This document shows positions 44,011 to 54,933 of a stretch of DNA of 64,000 bases, piece after piece (position 1 is the stretch's first letter; each line of letters begins with the position of its first letter). A model generated the notes under the pieces. That model made no database searches and had not been told where the DNA came from. It worked only from the letters and a program-made list of their open reading frames with translations. The DNA lies in IMG/VR virus record IMGVR_UViG_3300008259_005066, positions 124,001-188,000 of that record; one strand, 5' to 3'. Both the position numbers and the translations under genes were made by a program.

Positions 44011-45398
44011 TGCAACAATTCTTCTACGACGAACAGATACGCAGATTCCTGCTACAGTTTACCAGGATGTTTTCCAACTTCCAGTGCGAATATGGGCGTA
44101 ACGACGAAGGTGTAAAAGGCCTTATCCGTGTGCCCATCCGTTACGGTGACGCCAGCCGCCAGGCACAGACTGTGCTACAAAACAATTCGGCGTCAACACT
44201 GCCATCTACACCGCTGATGACATTTTATGTCACTGATCTCGAATATGCACGTGATCGTGTGCAAGAGCCTTACTATGTGGAAAAGACCAATGTGCGCCAA
44301 CGTTATTGGGACACCGATACACAAAGTTATGAGACCACACAAGGCAATGCGTTTACCATAGAACGCTTGATGCCTGTGCCTTTTAATTTGAAACTGCGAT
44401 TGGATCTTTGGACTTCCAATACCAACCAGAAACTACAGATCTTGGAGCAGATATTGACACTGTTCAATCCTGCGTTGGAAATACAAAGCACAGACAACTT
44501 CTTGGATTGGACCAGCCTTTCGGTATGCGAACTAGAATCGGTGACATGGAGTTCAAGATCCATACCACAAGGCACCGAAGATCCCATAGATATCGCCACG
44601 CTACAATTCACACTGCCTATCTGGATATCACCGCCGGCCAAGGTCAAGAAACTGGGCGTGGTGCAGAAAATCGTAGCGTCAATATTTGACTCCAATGGCG
44701 ACGCCATAGAAGCCATAACCAACAATGATCTGCTGTTGGGAACAAGGCAGAAATTCACGCCCTACAACTATCAGGTGCTATTGATAGGCAATCAACTGCA
44801 GGTATTACAACCATCAGCAGTGGTGCCGGGCAAAGGCACTATCAATCCTGACAGTTCGCCACCATCCAATGTGTTTTGGCATGCTGTGGTCAATGAGTTT
44901 GGTGACTTGCAGAATGGCATCAGTCAAGTAAGGCTTGACAATCCGTTTGATGGCACTATAATAGTGGGAACAGTGGCCTATCACCCATCGGACGATAGAT
45001 TCCTTTTGTTTACCATAGATGAAGATACCATACCTACAAATACATTGGACCCTGTGAACGCCATCATCGATCCCCAACGCAAAGGCCCTGAGGCAGGATT
45101 GCCTGCTGCCGCTGCCGGACAGCGATATCTCTTGGTCAATGATACCGGAGCCGCCGACTATGGCAGTGGTGCACCCGCATGGACTGGCGTCAATGGAGAG
45201 ATATTGCATGCCGACGCCAACGACATCATAGAATATGACGGTGAAAAATGGAACATAGCATTCAAGAGCGATCAACTCACAGATGTGCAATATGTCACAA
45301 ACATAACCACCAATATACAGTATCGCTGGGCAGCCGGAGAGTGGTTAAAGAGTTATGAAGGACTGTATCCGTCAGGCGAATGGAGTCTAGTGCTTTGA
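44010..45398 (+). CDS. gp15: tail sheath stabilizer/terminator (T4 gp15-like) with C-terminal extension
   Basis: FFYDEQIRR, VPIRYG, MPVPFNL, QILEQILTLFNP. Confidence 0.75.
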   Translation: MQQFFYDEQIRRFLLQFTRMFSNFQCEYGRNDEGVKGLIRVPIRYGDASRQAQTVLQNNSASTLPSTPLMTFYVTDLEYARDRVQEPYYVEKTNVRQRYWDTDTQSYETTQGNAFTIERLMPVPFNLKLRLDLWTSNTNQKLQILEQILTLFNPALEIQSTDNFLDWTSLSVCELESVTWSSRSIPQGTEDPIDIATLQFTLPIWISPPAKVKKLGVVQKIVASIFDSNGDAIEAITNNDLLLGTRQKFTPYNYQVLLIGNQLQVLQPSAVVPGKGTINPDSSPPSNVFWHAVVNEFGDLQNGISQVRLDNPFDGTIIVGTVAYHPSDDRFLLFTIDEDTIPTNTLDPVNAIIDPQRKGPEAGLPAAAAGQRYLLVNDTGAADYGSGAPAWTGVNGEILHADANDIIEYDGEKWNIAFKSDQLTDVQYVTNITTNIQYRWAAGEWLKSYEGLYPSGEWSLVL

Positions 45399-45820
45399 AT
45401 GCAGTGGGTGTTTGGTTCTATTCCGTATCAACCGATCGTTATCTCTATCTCTTAAGGAATGACGATCGTAACCCCGGAACTTGGGGATTGCCTGGTGGCA
45501 AAGCCCTGGCCAACGAAACCTTGATAGAAACCATACGCAGAGAATGCATTGAAGAACTGGGTTCGTGGCCCCAGGAGATCCGATTGGTGCCTATAGAAAA
45601 ATTCACTAGCCCTGATGGCAAGTTCCATTATCATACGTTTTTCTGTAGCGTTGCAAAAGAATTTGTGCCTGAACTAAACGAAGAACATCAAGGTTATGCC
45701 TGGATTGATTCGCATACTTGGCCTAGGCCGTTGCATCCGGGCCTATGGTCGACAGTGAACTTTGATGAAGTCAAACAAAAAATGACACAGGTGCAACGCC
45801 TGCATCACACATCACAGTAA
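45380..45820 (+). CDS. NUDIX hydrolase
   Basis: Nudix box GGKALANETLIETIRRECIEELG. True start may be TTG 45395. Confidence 0.9.
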   Translation: MESSALNAVGVWFYSVSTDRYLYLLRNDDRNPGTWGLPGGKALANETLIETIRRECIEELGSWPQEIRLVPIEKFTSPDGKFHYHTFFCSVAKEFVPELNEEHQGYAWIDSHTWPRPLHPGLWSTVNFDEVKQKMTQVQRLHHTSQ

Positions 45821-46476
45821 GTGATGAATCTGCGATAGTCCCACACGTCAACGTTGGCAAAATTGCGCCATGAATTGGGCGGCGGAGCGCCGTCGGTAAC
45901 AAGATAAAATTTCACACCCGGATATGCACGGAACACATGAGGCATGTCAGCTGTGCTTTGTGTGTCAATCACACAGTGAGGATTGATGCCATCCACACCA
46001 ATTATGAATACTTCTTGGTGACCATCAAAGGCAGCGATGTAGGCAGCTCGGGCACCTGGACTCAGTCTCACGGCATAAGGCACAGGATACAGTTGTTCAG
46101 GAAAACGCAAACAGTTGCGAGTGCTGGAATACACCACTGTGTTGGTAGTGTAATTTTTGGCTACCATGTCAGATAATTCTTTGACATTGGTCTCTATATA
46201 AAAGTCGCAACGTATCTTGCGCCACACTCCATCACAACCATAGGTCTGCAATTTCTTCTGCCCTAACAGACCACCTTTGTGATTTTCTAACACACGGACC
46301 ACGTCTTCTCTGGCCGTTTCATCTTGTCCAATCACAGCGGCCCTGCCAGATATGTGTTGATTGGAAATAGAGTTAGGAACGAATTCTCTATTTTGTATTT
46401 TCATTCCACCTTTGTAAGTGGTATCTGTGATGATGAATTCACCATCATAATGTTCGCGAAAACGTGCTGTTATCAT
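45805..46476 (-). CDS. MptE/GT42-like Rossmann-fold protein (degenerate)
   Basis: AAVIG...TYGCD...SPGARAAYIA...VFIIGVD, similar to 61384..61971. Confidence 0.4.
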   Translation of the reverse strand: MITARFREHYDGEFIITDTTYKGGMKIQNREFVPNSISNQHISGRAAVIGQDETAREDVVRVLENHKGGLLGQKKLQTYGCDGVWRKIRCDFYIETNVKELSDMVAKNYTTNTVVYSSTRNCLRFPEQLYPVPYAVRLSPGARAAYIAAFDGHQEVFIIGVDGINPHCVIDTQSTADMPHVFRAYPGVKFYLVTDGAPPPNSWRNFANVDVWDYRRFITYCDV

Positions 46477-47141
46477 AATCTTCCCACCATTATTTCAATG
46501 GTGCCCTCTTCAGTTGACTGATGATTGTCCAGTGCTTTGCCTAATACTACGCCCGGAGTATATTGGGTCACTGGCAAGGCCATGGCCACACCCGGAGTGT
46601 CGCTGGAACACAACAAATCACCTTTGGAAATCTGTCCTTTGACCCGACAAGGGACCCGCCCAATCAGGGCCACTGGTGCTACAAATTCACCTTCCAATCC
46701 GCGATTCATCAGCACGCCAGGATTTTCAGACACAGTGCCGGCGATAGACGACTGGCATGCTTGTGTGCTTTGTGTGACTTCTTGATCTCCGCCTATGACC
46801 AAAACTGTGCCCACAGGATATTCTGCGTCAGCTAGATATCTTTCAGCCACGTCAGCGTATTGTGCTGATGTGGCTTTAACAAATGCAGTATTAAAATATG
46901 CTGTAGCGTTTCCTATGTTACCCACACCGTTACTGCTGGCATTTTCAAAGCCATTGATAAAACTCTTGTTTGACATTGACTGCACAGCGTTAGCACCTAT
47001 CAATTGATAACCACCTGGGTGTGAACCATCATGCACACGGATCACTTCTAAATCAGTGTCAATGCTTAACTCGCCGGCAGAACCAGTGAATGAGTTATTT
47101 TGTGCTGTGGTTCCCCTGCGGAACTGTAAAACGGTTGGCAT
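46473..47141 (-). CDS. small tail/fibre protein: Mtd-N-like head plus Peptidase G2-like chaperone domain
   Basis: QFRRGT...GELSIDTD...HDG; C-terminal AQYADVAE...GRVPC...GKAL. Confidence 0.65.
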   Translation of the reverse strand: MPTVLQFRRGTTAQNNSFTGSAGELSIDTDLEVIRVHDGSHPGGYQLIGANAVQSMSNKSFINGFENASSNGVGNIGNATAYFNTAFVKATSAQYADVAERYLADAEYPVGTVLVIGGDQEVTQSTQACQSSIAGTVSENPGVLMNRGLEGEFVAPVALIGRVPCRVKGQISKGDLLCSSDTPGVAMALPVTQYTPGVVLGKALDNHQSTEEGTIEIMVGRL

Positions 47142-47166
47142 TGAATTCTCCTGTTTCTTTATTTAT

Positions 47167-50100
47167 TTAGGTTAACACACCAAGATCCACACCCTCTAGC
47201 ACTTCGCCCACTGGGTCCATCATGCTGTAAACTTCGCCCAAGTTCACACCAAACGGATCCGTGGCTGATGATTCAAACGGTGCTTCCTGCACAGTCTGGA
47301 CGAAATTGTAGCTGAGGTCAAAATTACCCGTGGAGCCAGGCACCGGTTGCACCGTGGAGTTAGGATACTGGGTAGCACCACCACCTCCACCACCGCCACT
47401 CTGATCTTCCCATGTAAGTCCACCAGCACCATTGGTAGTGAGAACTTGGGCGGCATTGCCATACCCACTAGGAAATATATAGGTAAAATTTCCGGTCAGT
47501 GTAGCCGGTGATCGGAGTCCTATATAGTTGCTGTTGTCACTGTCGTTGAGGAACAGTATACCGCGATTTTGTATTTCAACGTTGGACGACGCTTTGATCA
47601 GAGCGCCAGTGACGTTGCCTGTGGCCACTAATTGTCCTGTGGTAACAAGATTACCACCAGTGATGTTACCCGTGGCGTCAACGCGACCTGCTGTAGTGAT
47701 ATTTCCACCTGACACATTGCCAGTGGCAATTACTTGACTTCCTGTTGTTAAATTACCGCCTGTGACATTGCCTGTCACATCTAAACTTGTAAGTGTGCCT
47801 AGAGATGTGATATTGGGCTGTGCGGCCGTGTTCAACGTTCCTGTGAGCGTGGTTGCAACTATGGTAGAAGCACCTAGATTACCAACGTTGGCGTTACCGG
47901 TGACAGACAACACTCCGGATGTTATGAGGTTGCCGCCTGTGATGTTGCCCGTGGCCACTACCTGTGCACCGGTAGTAAGATTGCCACCAGTGACATTTCC
48001 AGACGCTGTCAAACTGGTCAATGTTCCTAGAGAACTTATATTAGGTTGTGCTGCCGTGGTCAGTGTGCCGGTTATCAGCGTTCCACTTAGGTTGCCGCTG
48101 GTAATGTTTCCAGTGACCCCTAATGATGTTAACGTGCCAACCGAAGTAATGTTGGGTTGTGCCGCTGTTGTTACTGTGCCTGCTGTGGTGGCTGCGCCTG
48201 TCAAGTCACCCACGAATGTGGTCGAGGTCACACTGGTCAGGCCAGCCACGGTGGTCACTGTGGCGCCCAGTGTGAGTGCTGTTGATCCCAGTGTGACAGC
48301 GGCATTGGCCAATCTTGCCTGTGCCAAGGTGCCACTTGAAATATTGTCAGCACTGATACTGGAGACGTTGGCGCCTGATCCATTGAGTGTGCCCACGAAG
48401 TTGCCACTGGTGACATTGCCTGTGACGGCCAAATTTGTGAGTGTGCCAACTGAGGTAATGTTGGTTTGTGCGGCTGTGCTTATGGTTCCTGTCAGTGTAG
48501 TTGCTGTGACTGTGGTAGCTCCAAGATTGCCCACGTTGGCATTGCCAGTGGCAGATATTGTTGCGGATTCAAGCCCACCAACTATGAGATTACCATAGTT
48601 GTTTACTGTGACAACATCATTTGATACTGATACATTGGTGGCTGCTATGAGTTTACCTGCTGAGTTATCATAGCCCATGAAAGCGGCCTGTTCTGTGGTA
48701 GTGTAATACCAAAGTTCCTGGCCTCGATCTTTGCCGTCGTTGCTGGTCAGCGGTGTGTTGTTAGCGCCACGACCTAACCCAATGATTGGATCAACTACGT
48801 TAAGATTGGTGACGTTGACGGAAATAATATTGCCACTCACAGTAAGATTTCCTGCTATTGTGACGTTGTCGCTGGCAGTAAGTGTTCCTGTTGACACTGT
48901 GCCTGTAGTGACCAAATTGCCACCCGAGACATTACCGGTGGCAGTTAAACTTGTCAGTGTACCAACGGATGTAACATTGGGTTGTGCGGCTGTTTCTAGA
49001 GTACCAGTAACAGTAGTGAATGCACCCCGTGTTCCGGAAATATTACCAGAACCCACGTTTCCAGTCACGCTCAACGAATCAAGTGTTCCCACTGATGTGA
49101 TATTTGTTTGTGCGGCAGTGGTCAGCGTGCCAATGATATTGGTACCAATGAGATTACCACCAGTGACGTTGCCTGTTGCTGTGACTTGCCCTGCGGTAAC
49201 GATATTGCCGCCGGTGACGTTGCCAGTGGCTGTGATTGTTGTTCCTGCTGATACCAGCCCTGCAGTAACAAGATTGCCACCTGTGATGTTGCCGGTGGCG
49301 TCAACACGACCTGCTGTGACGAGATTGCCACCTGTGACATTGCCAGTAGCTACTACCAATCCTGCTGTGCCAAGATTGCCCACGTTGGCATTGCCGGTAG
49401 CATTGAGTGTACCGGTGATGTTAGCACCTGTTGTGGTGGCTACAAGCACTATGGAAGAATTTGGAGCCAACGCGATATTGGCAGCAGATGTGGTATTGAT
49501 TTGTAGTGAAGTTCCAGAATCAAAGATGTTACCACTGAGTAAAAGATTGGCACCCGACACATTGCCGGTGATATTGGCATTGCCAGACACGCTTAAAGAA
49601 TTAGCTATAGAAACAATGGCATTGGCCAAAAATGACACAGTGCCGTTACCTGCTACTGGACCAACACTAATGTTAGTTGTAGATCCTGCCGCCCCGAGTG
49701 TTCCAATACTAATGGTCTTGGTTGACCCAGATGCAGTGACTCCGTTGCCAATGGCAATAGTTTGAGTTGCAGTGCTACGGCCAATGGCAATTGCACCAGT
49801 GGCTGAGGTGCCACCAATGGTCAAAGGACCACTGGTCTGGCCGGTCATTATATTGAGTGTGCCACTGGTTATGGTAGTGAATAAACTGGTGGTGCCGGTG
49901 GTAGTTGTAGTTGCCACATTAGGCGTAGACATTGATGTAGCATGGCTGGCTAACGCAACAGTCAAAATATTAGTGCTGGGATTGAAAGTTAGGCCTGTAT
50001 CATCAGCGAATAGTGATCTATAACCACCAGCTGAGCCACTTGGACTTACATAAGGTAAATTGTAGGTTACGTTGTCATCTGGAGATTCTGTAACAAATAT

Positions 50101-51252
50101 AAAGTTTGCGACATTGGCCGTGCCTGCAAGATTTCCAATAAAGTTAGGAGCTGTGATATTGCCAGTGGCATTGATGGTGCCAGTGACATTGGCGCCTGTG
50201 GTTGTTGCGACTACTACGTTTGTTCCATTTGGAGCAAGTGTAACATTACCACTTGATCCAGTGATCAAGAACAATGCACCTGTATCAACAATATTACCAG
50301 ATAGATTTATATTGCCACCGGTTATGTTGCCAGTGGCTGTGATCTGCCCTGCTGTGCCAAGATTGCCCACGTTGGCATTGCCAGAAACGGTAATAGCAGT
50401 TAAGTTAGCATTGGTAGCACCCAGGTTACCAACGTTGGCATTGCCCGTCGCTGACAGCACGCCACTGGTTATAAGGTTACCGCCGGTGATATTGCCCGTG
50501 GCCACAACAGTATTGGCATTGACTTCTGGAGAAGCTCCTGATAATACAGTCGTGCCGCCAGCAGGATTGGTAATGATAACTGCTGTGGCATTGGCAGAGA
50601 TTTGTGCGTTGCCAAGATAGATAGTGGAGTTGGCTAGATAGATATCTTTCCATCGGCTAGTAGTTGTACCTAGATCGTAAGTGACATTGGCCCCAGGTAA
50701 TACGCTACCATAAAAAGTTGGACTGTCATTGACTGCAAATGTTATAGTATCTGTTGTAGCATTGCCTGTGATTACAATGTTATTGCCAGTTGAGAATGTA
50801 ACTGTGTCGCCCACAATGTCTGCCAGTACCGCAGTGCCATTGGCATAGATGTTGCCAAACGCGAATGCAGAGTTCTGTTCAAAGGTCAGTGCAGTGACGC
50901 CAATGGTGATGGGATCGTTTGTGGTCAGTTTCCACTGGGTGTCTTTATAGGTCACACCTTCGGTGACCATGACGATGGTTCCAGCATTGAGTTCGCCGGA
51001 CTCGTTGGTATCTACTGATCTAATCCAAGTGCCATTTGATCCTGTGCCCAACACTGATACCTGATAAACACCGTTTTGGCTACCAGTGGATTGGCCGGCT
51101 ACTAGGATTCTGCTACCTATGCTCAAACTCACACCATCCACTGTGCTGGGCGCACCGCCTGCCAGTGTGACGTCGGTCAGCGTGATCACGCGGACCGCTT
51201 GTTTGTAGTCTATGTCAAATATCTGATAGGCGCGAGGTTTAGTTAATCCCAT
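47167..51252 (-). CDS. giant virion fibre/structural protein with GN(I/V)TGGN repeats (1361 aa)
   Basis: N-terminal KQAVRV...QNGVY...WIRSVD tail-fibre motif; Gly/Asn/Thr repeats; ATAAATA at 51272-51278. Confidence 0.7.
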   Translation of the reverse strand: MGLTKPRAYQIFDIDYKQAVRVITLTDVTLAGGAPSTVDGVSLSIGSRILVAGQSTGSQNGVYQVSVLGTGSNGTWIRSVDTNESGELNAGTIVMVTEGVTYKDTQWKLTTNDPITIGVTALTFEQNSAFAFGNIYANGTAVLADIVGDTVTFSTGNNIVITGNATTDTITFAVNDSPTFYGSVLPGANVTYDLGTTTSRWKDIYLANSTIYLGNAQISANATAVIITNPAGGTTVLSGASPEVNANTVVATGNITGGNLITSGVLSATGNANVGNLGATNANLTAITVSGNANVGNLGTAGQITATGNITGGNINLSGNIVDTGALFLITGSSGNVTLAPNGTNVVVATTTGANVTGTINATGNITAPNFIGNLAGTANVANFIFVTESPDDNVTYNLPYVSPSGSAGGYRSLFADDTGLTFNPSTNILTVALASHATSMSTPNVATTTTTGTTSLFTTITSGTLNIMTGQTSGPLTIGGTSATGAIAIGRSTATQTIAIGNGVTASGSTKTISIGTLGAAGSTTNISVGPVAGNGTVSFLANAIVSIANSLSVSGNANITGNVSGANLLLSGNIFDSGTSLQINTTSAANIALAPNSSIVLVATTTGANITGTLNATGNANVGNLGTAGLVVATGNVTGGNLVTAGRVDATGNITGGNLVTAGLVSAGTTITATGNVTGGNIVTAGQVTATGNVTGGNLIGTNIIGTLTTAAQTNITSVGTLDSLSVTGNVGSGNISGTRGAFTTVTGTLETAAQPNVTSVGTLTSLTATGNVSGGNLVTTGTVSTGTLTASDNVTIAGNLTVSGNIISVNVTNLNVVDPIIGLGRGANNTPLTSNDGKDRGQELWYYTTTEQAAFMGYDNSAGKLIAATNVSVSNDVVTVNNYGNLIVGGLESATISATGNANVGNLGATTVTATTLTGTISTAAQTNITSVGTLTNLAVTGNVTSGNFVGTLNGSGANVSSISADNISSGTLAQARLANAAVTLGSTALTLGATVTTVAGLTSVTSTTFVGDLTGAATTAGTVTTAAQPNITSVGTLTSLGVTGNITSGNLSGTLITGTLTTAAQPNISSLGTLTSLTASGNVTGGNLTTGAQVVATGNITGGNLITSGVLSVTGNANVGNLGASTIVATTLTGTLNTAAQPNITSLGTLTSLDVTGNVTGGNLTTGSQVIATGNVSGGNITTAGRVDATGNITGGNLVTTGQLVATGNVTGALIKASSNVEIQNRGILFLNDSDNSNYIGLRSPATLTGNFTYIFPSGYGNAAQVLTTNGAGGLTWEDQSGGGGGGGATQYPNSTVQPVPGSTGNFDLSYNFVQTVQEAPFESSATDPFGVNLGEVYSMMDPVGEVLEGVDLGVLT

Positions 51253-51280
51253 GTTTTACCCAGGTTTGATATATTTATGG

Positions 51281-51313
51281 AAAAAAATAGGGCCAACCAG
51301 TGGCCCTATTTTT
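51281..51313 (-). terminator. intrinsic terminator
   Basis: 13-bp stem AAAAATAGGGCCA/TGGCCCTATTTTT plus T-run. Confidence 0.85.
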
Positions 51314-51329
51314 GGTAAGTTTGCGCAGA

Positions 51330-54300
51330 TTACAGGCGCCCTACTACGACTTCTATCACACCTTCCGTGCCATCAAAGTCTTCCAGTGCTTTGCCTATCA
51401 CAGTGCCCACACGTGGATCTGGTTCGGCTCTAGCACGACCATCTGCTGTGGATACCATCATGTCGCCTTTGCGCACAGGACCTGTGACCCGGGTTGGTAC
51501 ACGACCTGTGAGTGCTACAGCAACAATGTGATCACCTTCCAGTGCAGAATTCATGATGTAACTTGGATTGGTAGAAATCACACCAGCCACACGCTTGCAT
51601 GCTTCTTCGGTGCAACCTGTGACTTCGGCTGATCCGCCAAAACATACCACTGTGCCGGGTTCTAGATTGGTATCTGCCGCATACATCTCGGCCAAGTCAG
51701 CGTATTGTGCTGAGGTGGCTTTGGCAAATATGGTATTGAAATAACTGCTGGATGTTCCAATGTTGCCTACACCGTTGGCCTGCAGATTGTTGATACCAGC
51801 CGAAGTAAATGACACAATACCAGAACCGCCTACATTGATATTGACATTACCGTTGCTGGTAGCGCAACTCACATTGGACGTTCCATTGGCGATGGTAGTG
51901 GTATCAACGTTATTGGAACTCAGTGTGCCAGGTGTTGTTCCATCCGGTCCAAAGAATGCCAAGGTGTTGCCCGAGGTGTTCTTGAGGACGATGTTGCCCA
52001 GCGTGATCGAGTTACCACTGAAGTAGCCATCTCTCCATCTCAGCGCAGAACTGCCCAAATCATAAGTGACGTTGGCTGTGGGTATCAAATCACCGGTGAT
52101 ACGCACATCGTTGTCGGTGTCAACCACTTCCACGGCAGCATTGCCGTTGACGTTAGAAATACCTTTGACCGTGACCGTGGTAGTGATCTCTCGCACCTCG
52201 ATAGTATCAGACACCAGAGGTGCTTCTGTAAATGTCAGCACATTGCCTGTCACGGAATAGGCCAACACAGGAATCTGTAGCACACCGTTGATCGAAACGA
52301 TACAGGAGTCTGTGGTCTGGCTAGTGCCCAATGTGTATGCTACAGTAGATCCATCTCCGTTGAACACTTCTGAATCGATTACTGTGAACACAGTGCCCGC
52401 AGATACCCACGAGTCTGCATCATAGAATTCCAAACTGTCCAGCGTGGTGTTGAAACGGATCATACCAGTGACGCCAGTGGCCGGACGCTGTGCGGAGTTA
52501 CCGCGTGGTATCAGGATTGAGTTACTGGATTGGAATGAAACTACGGCATTGGCTACCTGTGTGGAGTTACCAAATGACGCTGTAGACGTGCCTGCATCAA
52601 CATAGAATATGTTGGCAGTGGTGTCACTGTTGACCGCAAAGTCTGTGTCAGAGCTGTCACTGTTTACTGTGACGCGACCTGTGCGGCTGGTTATACTGGC
52701 AACATATAAATTGCCGTTGGTGATATCAATGCCTTGTGTAGATGCTACTGCACGCACATTGGCTTCTGCTGTGTTGCCAACAAATATTTTTACGTTGCCG
52801 TTGGTAGAACCCAGCATTAAATTACCACGTGACGTGCTTCCACCTGTTTGTGCGTTGGCCACTACGTATAAGTAACCGTCATTGAGTGAAGAAGTGTCGC
52901 CAAAGAAAGCAGGATCATCATGAGTGCTGGAACCAATACCCATGTCAATGAAAAATGTGGAGTCGGTTCCGTTGTCAGCAGTGGCCACATAGTCTGTAGA
53001 TGCAATGGGGCCAGCGTTGATGTTTTCAAAGTTAATCTGGCTGTATGAATTGGTGTTGCCCGAAAACTGTGCTACTATGTTGGAACCCAGAGGGGTAAAT
53101 CCTGCAACACCTGCTTGTATGGCCAAGTTACCTGTGGGCGCTTGACCAAAGAAAATACCAGAAACATTGGCTACGATATTGCTTGTGGAAGTAAAGGTAC
53201 CAATTACTGTGCCATTGCCGGTTATGTAGAGTTGTTGTGCATTGATATTGCCACTCAACGCATTGAGATTGGCCGAAGTGTTGATATTGCCTGTGGCATC
53301 GATGCGGCCGCCTGTGGATATATTACCGCCTGTGATGTTACCAAGAACGGTCAATGCATCAGTAGTGGCATCATATGTGATTCCTGCATCACCGGCAATT
53401 AAACCGTTGTTGTTGAACAAAATCTGTGTGTTAGAACCTGGCGCTACAAATGGACCAGAAATGTTGCCTACTGATACTACGCTTTCAGCATAGATATTGC
53501 CTGCTTGGAACGTGCCATACTGCACCACATTGACGATGTTGTTTCCGCTGAAGTTTACATTGGCAGCAGCTACAACGTTGCCGGTAGAGTTATCCCAGAA
53601 TACCGAAGCATTACCTTTGCCTGTGGCTGCTTTGTAGTATTCCATGTAGATACCACGATCCATACCATCATCTGAGGTCAACGGTGCTCCATTGGCACCT
53701 GTGCCCATGATGATTATGGGATCTTCTACCCGCAAGTCATCGATGTTGATGTAGGTCAGATTGCCTTGGACCACTAAGTTGCCACCAATAGTAGCGTTGC
53801 CTGTGGTCTCCAGATGAACAGCATACAGAGTGCTGTTAGCAGTGATATTGCCACCAAAAATATTGCCAGTGGCAGAAATGTTTGCTCCGCTGGAAATCAA
53901 ACCGGTTGCCACAACAGCGGCGTTTGATATAAGATTACCACCGGTAATATTGCCAGTTGCGGATACAGTGGTGGCAGCAGATACGGAAGCATTACTTACC
54001 ACATTGCCACCTGTGACATTGCCAGTGGCACTCACAGTGGTTGCCGCTGACACTGCGGCGTTGCTTACTAGGTTACCACCAGTGATGTTACCGGTAGTGT
54101 TTATTTGTCCAGATACACTGAGGTTGCCAAGAGCCAGATTACCAGTAATGGTAACGTTACCAATCACAGCGCCACTGGAAATCAAATTACCAGCAGTGAC
54201 ATTACCTGTGGCATCGATGTTGCCAGTGGTAGAAATGTTACCACCGGATATGTTACCAGTGGTTGTTGAAATATTGCCTGCGGCTATGACAGCCGCATTG

Positions 54301-54875
54301 GAAACCAAGTTACCACCGGTGATGTTACCGGTAGCGGAAATTTGACCCACTGTGGAAAGATTGCCGGCACGCACATTGCCAGTGATGGCTGCATCCGTGA
54401 TAATATTGCCGACCAAACTTGTGGTGCCGTTGATGACGATGTTGCCACCAATGTTGGCGTCATTGGTGTGGAAACTGGCGTAACTAGCGATAGTGACCGT
54501 GGTATTGGTAGTGGTGTCATTGGTGAATACCGTGACAAACTCACCTTGAGATTCATCCCAAACAAAAGCGATGTTTTGGCTGCTGCCACGTTCGCCAATG
54601 AAACCAATGTCCAAACTAGGAGCACCTGATTGATTGGCGGCCAGCAACAGTATGGGATCTTCAATAACAACACTGACTGTGTCAATGGTTGTGGTAGTTC
54701 CGTTGACTGTCAAGTTGCCAGATACTGTAAGATCTGATCCGTAGACCAGACTGTTGGCTATTTTGCCTGCTGTGATTGAGTAATCTTGCAGTTTGACGCC
54801 TGCGTTGATACCAAGGTATACGTTACCGGTTGATGAATCGGTAATCTGATTGTTTTTTATCCGTGTAATGGCCAT
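51330..54875 (-). CDS. giant virion protein with GNITGGN repeats and C-terminal Peptidase G2-like domain (1181 aa)
   Basis: Repeats plus AQYADLAE...GRVP...GKALE; CTAAATA at 54906-54912. Confidence 0.7.
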   Translation of the reverse strand: MAITRIKNNQITDSSTGNVYLGINAGVKLQDYSITAGKIANSLVYGSDLTVSGNLTVNGTTTTIDTVSVVIEDPILLLAANQSGAPSLDIGFIGERGSSQNIAFVWDESQGEFVTVFTNDTTTNTTVTIASYASFHTNDANIGGNIVINGTTSLVGNIITDAAITGNVRAGNLSTVGQISATGNITGGNLVSNAAVIAAGNISTTTGNISGGNISTTGNIDATGNVTAGNLISSGAVIGNVTITGNLALGNLSVSGQINTTGNITGGNLVSNAAVSAATTVSATGNVTGGNVVSNASVSAATTVSATGNITGGNLISNAAVVATGLISSGANISATGNIFGGNITANSTLYAVHLETTGNATIGGNLVVQGNLTYINIDDLRVEDPIIIMGTGANGAPLTSDDGMDRGIYMEYYKAATGKGNASVFWDNSTGNVVAAANVNFSGNNIVNVVQYGTFQAGNIYAESVVSVGNISGPFVAPGSNTQILFNNNGLIAGDAGITYDATTDALTVLGNITGGNISTGGRIDATGNINTSANLNALSGNINAQQLYITGNGTVIGTFTSTSNIVANVSGIFFGQAPTGNLAIQAGVAGFTPLGSNIVAQFSGNTNSYSQINFENINAGPIASTDYVATADNGTDSTFFIDMGIGSSTHDDPAFFGDTSSLNDGYLYVVANAQTGGSTSRGNLMLGSTNGNVKIFVGNTAEANVRAVASTQGIDITNGNLYVASITSRTGRVTVNSDSSDTDFAVNSDTTANIFYVDAGTSTASFGNSTQVANAVVSFQSSNSILIPRGNSAQRPATGVTGMIRFNTTLDSLEFYDADSWVSAGTVFTVIDSEVFNGDGSTVAYTLGTSQTTDSCIVSINGVLQIPVLAYSVTGNVLTFTEAPLVSDTIEVREITTTVTVKGISNVNGNAAVEVVDTDNDVRITGDLIPTANVTYDLGSSALRWRDGYFSGNSITLGNIVLKNTSGNTLAFFGPDGTTPGTLSSNNVDTTTIANGTSNVSCATSNGNVNINVGGSGIVSFTSAGINNLQANGVGNIGTSSSYFNTIFAKATSAQYADLAEMYAADTNLEPGTVVCFGGSAEVTGCTEEACKRVAGVISTNPSYIMNSALEGDHIVAVALTGRVPTRVTGPVRKGDMMVSTADGRARAEPDPRVGTVIGKALEDFDGTEGVIEVVVGRL

Positions 54876-54933
54876 AATATGTCACTTCGCTCCGCTCTAT
54901 GGTATTATTTAGCGGTCCGGCCAAAAAGATCTG

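Noticed and set aside
46473-47141. Diversity-generating retroelement suggested by the Mtd-N-like domain
   Set aside because: No reverse transcriptase and no template/variable repeat pair differing only at adenines was seen in the window.
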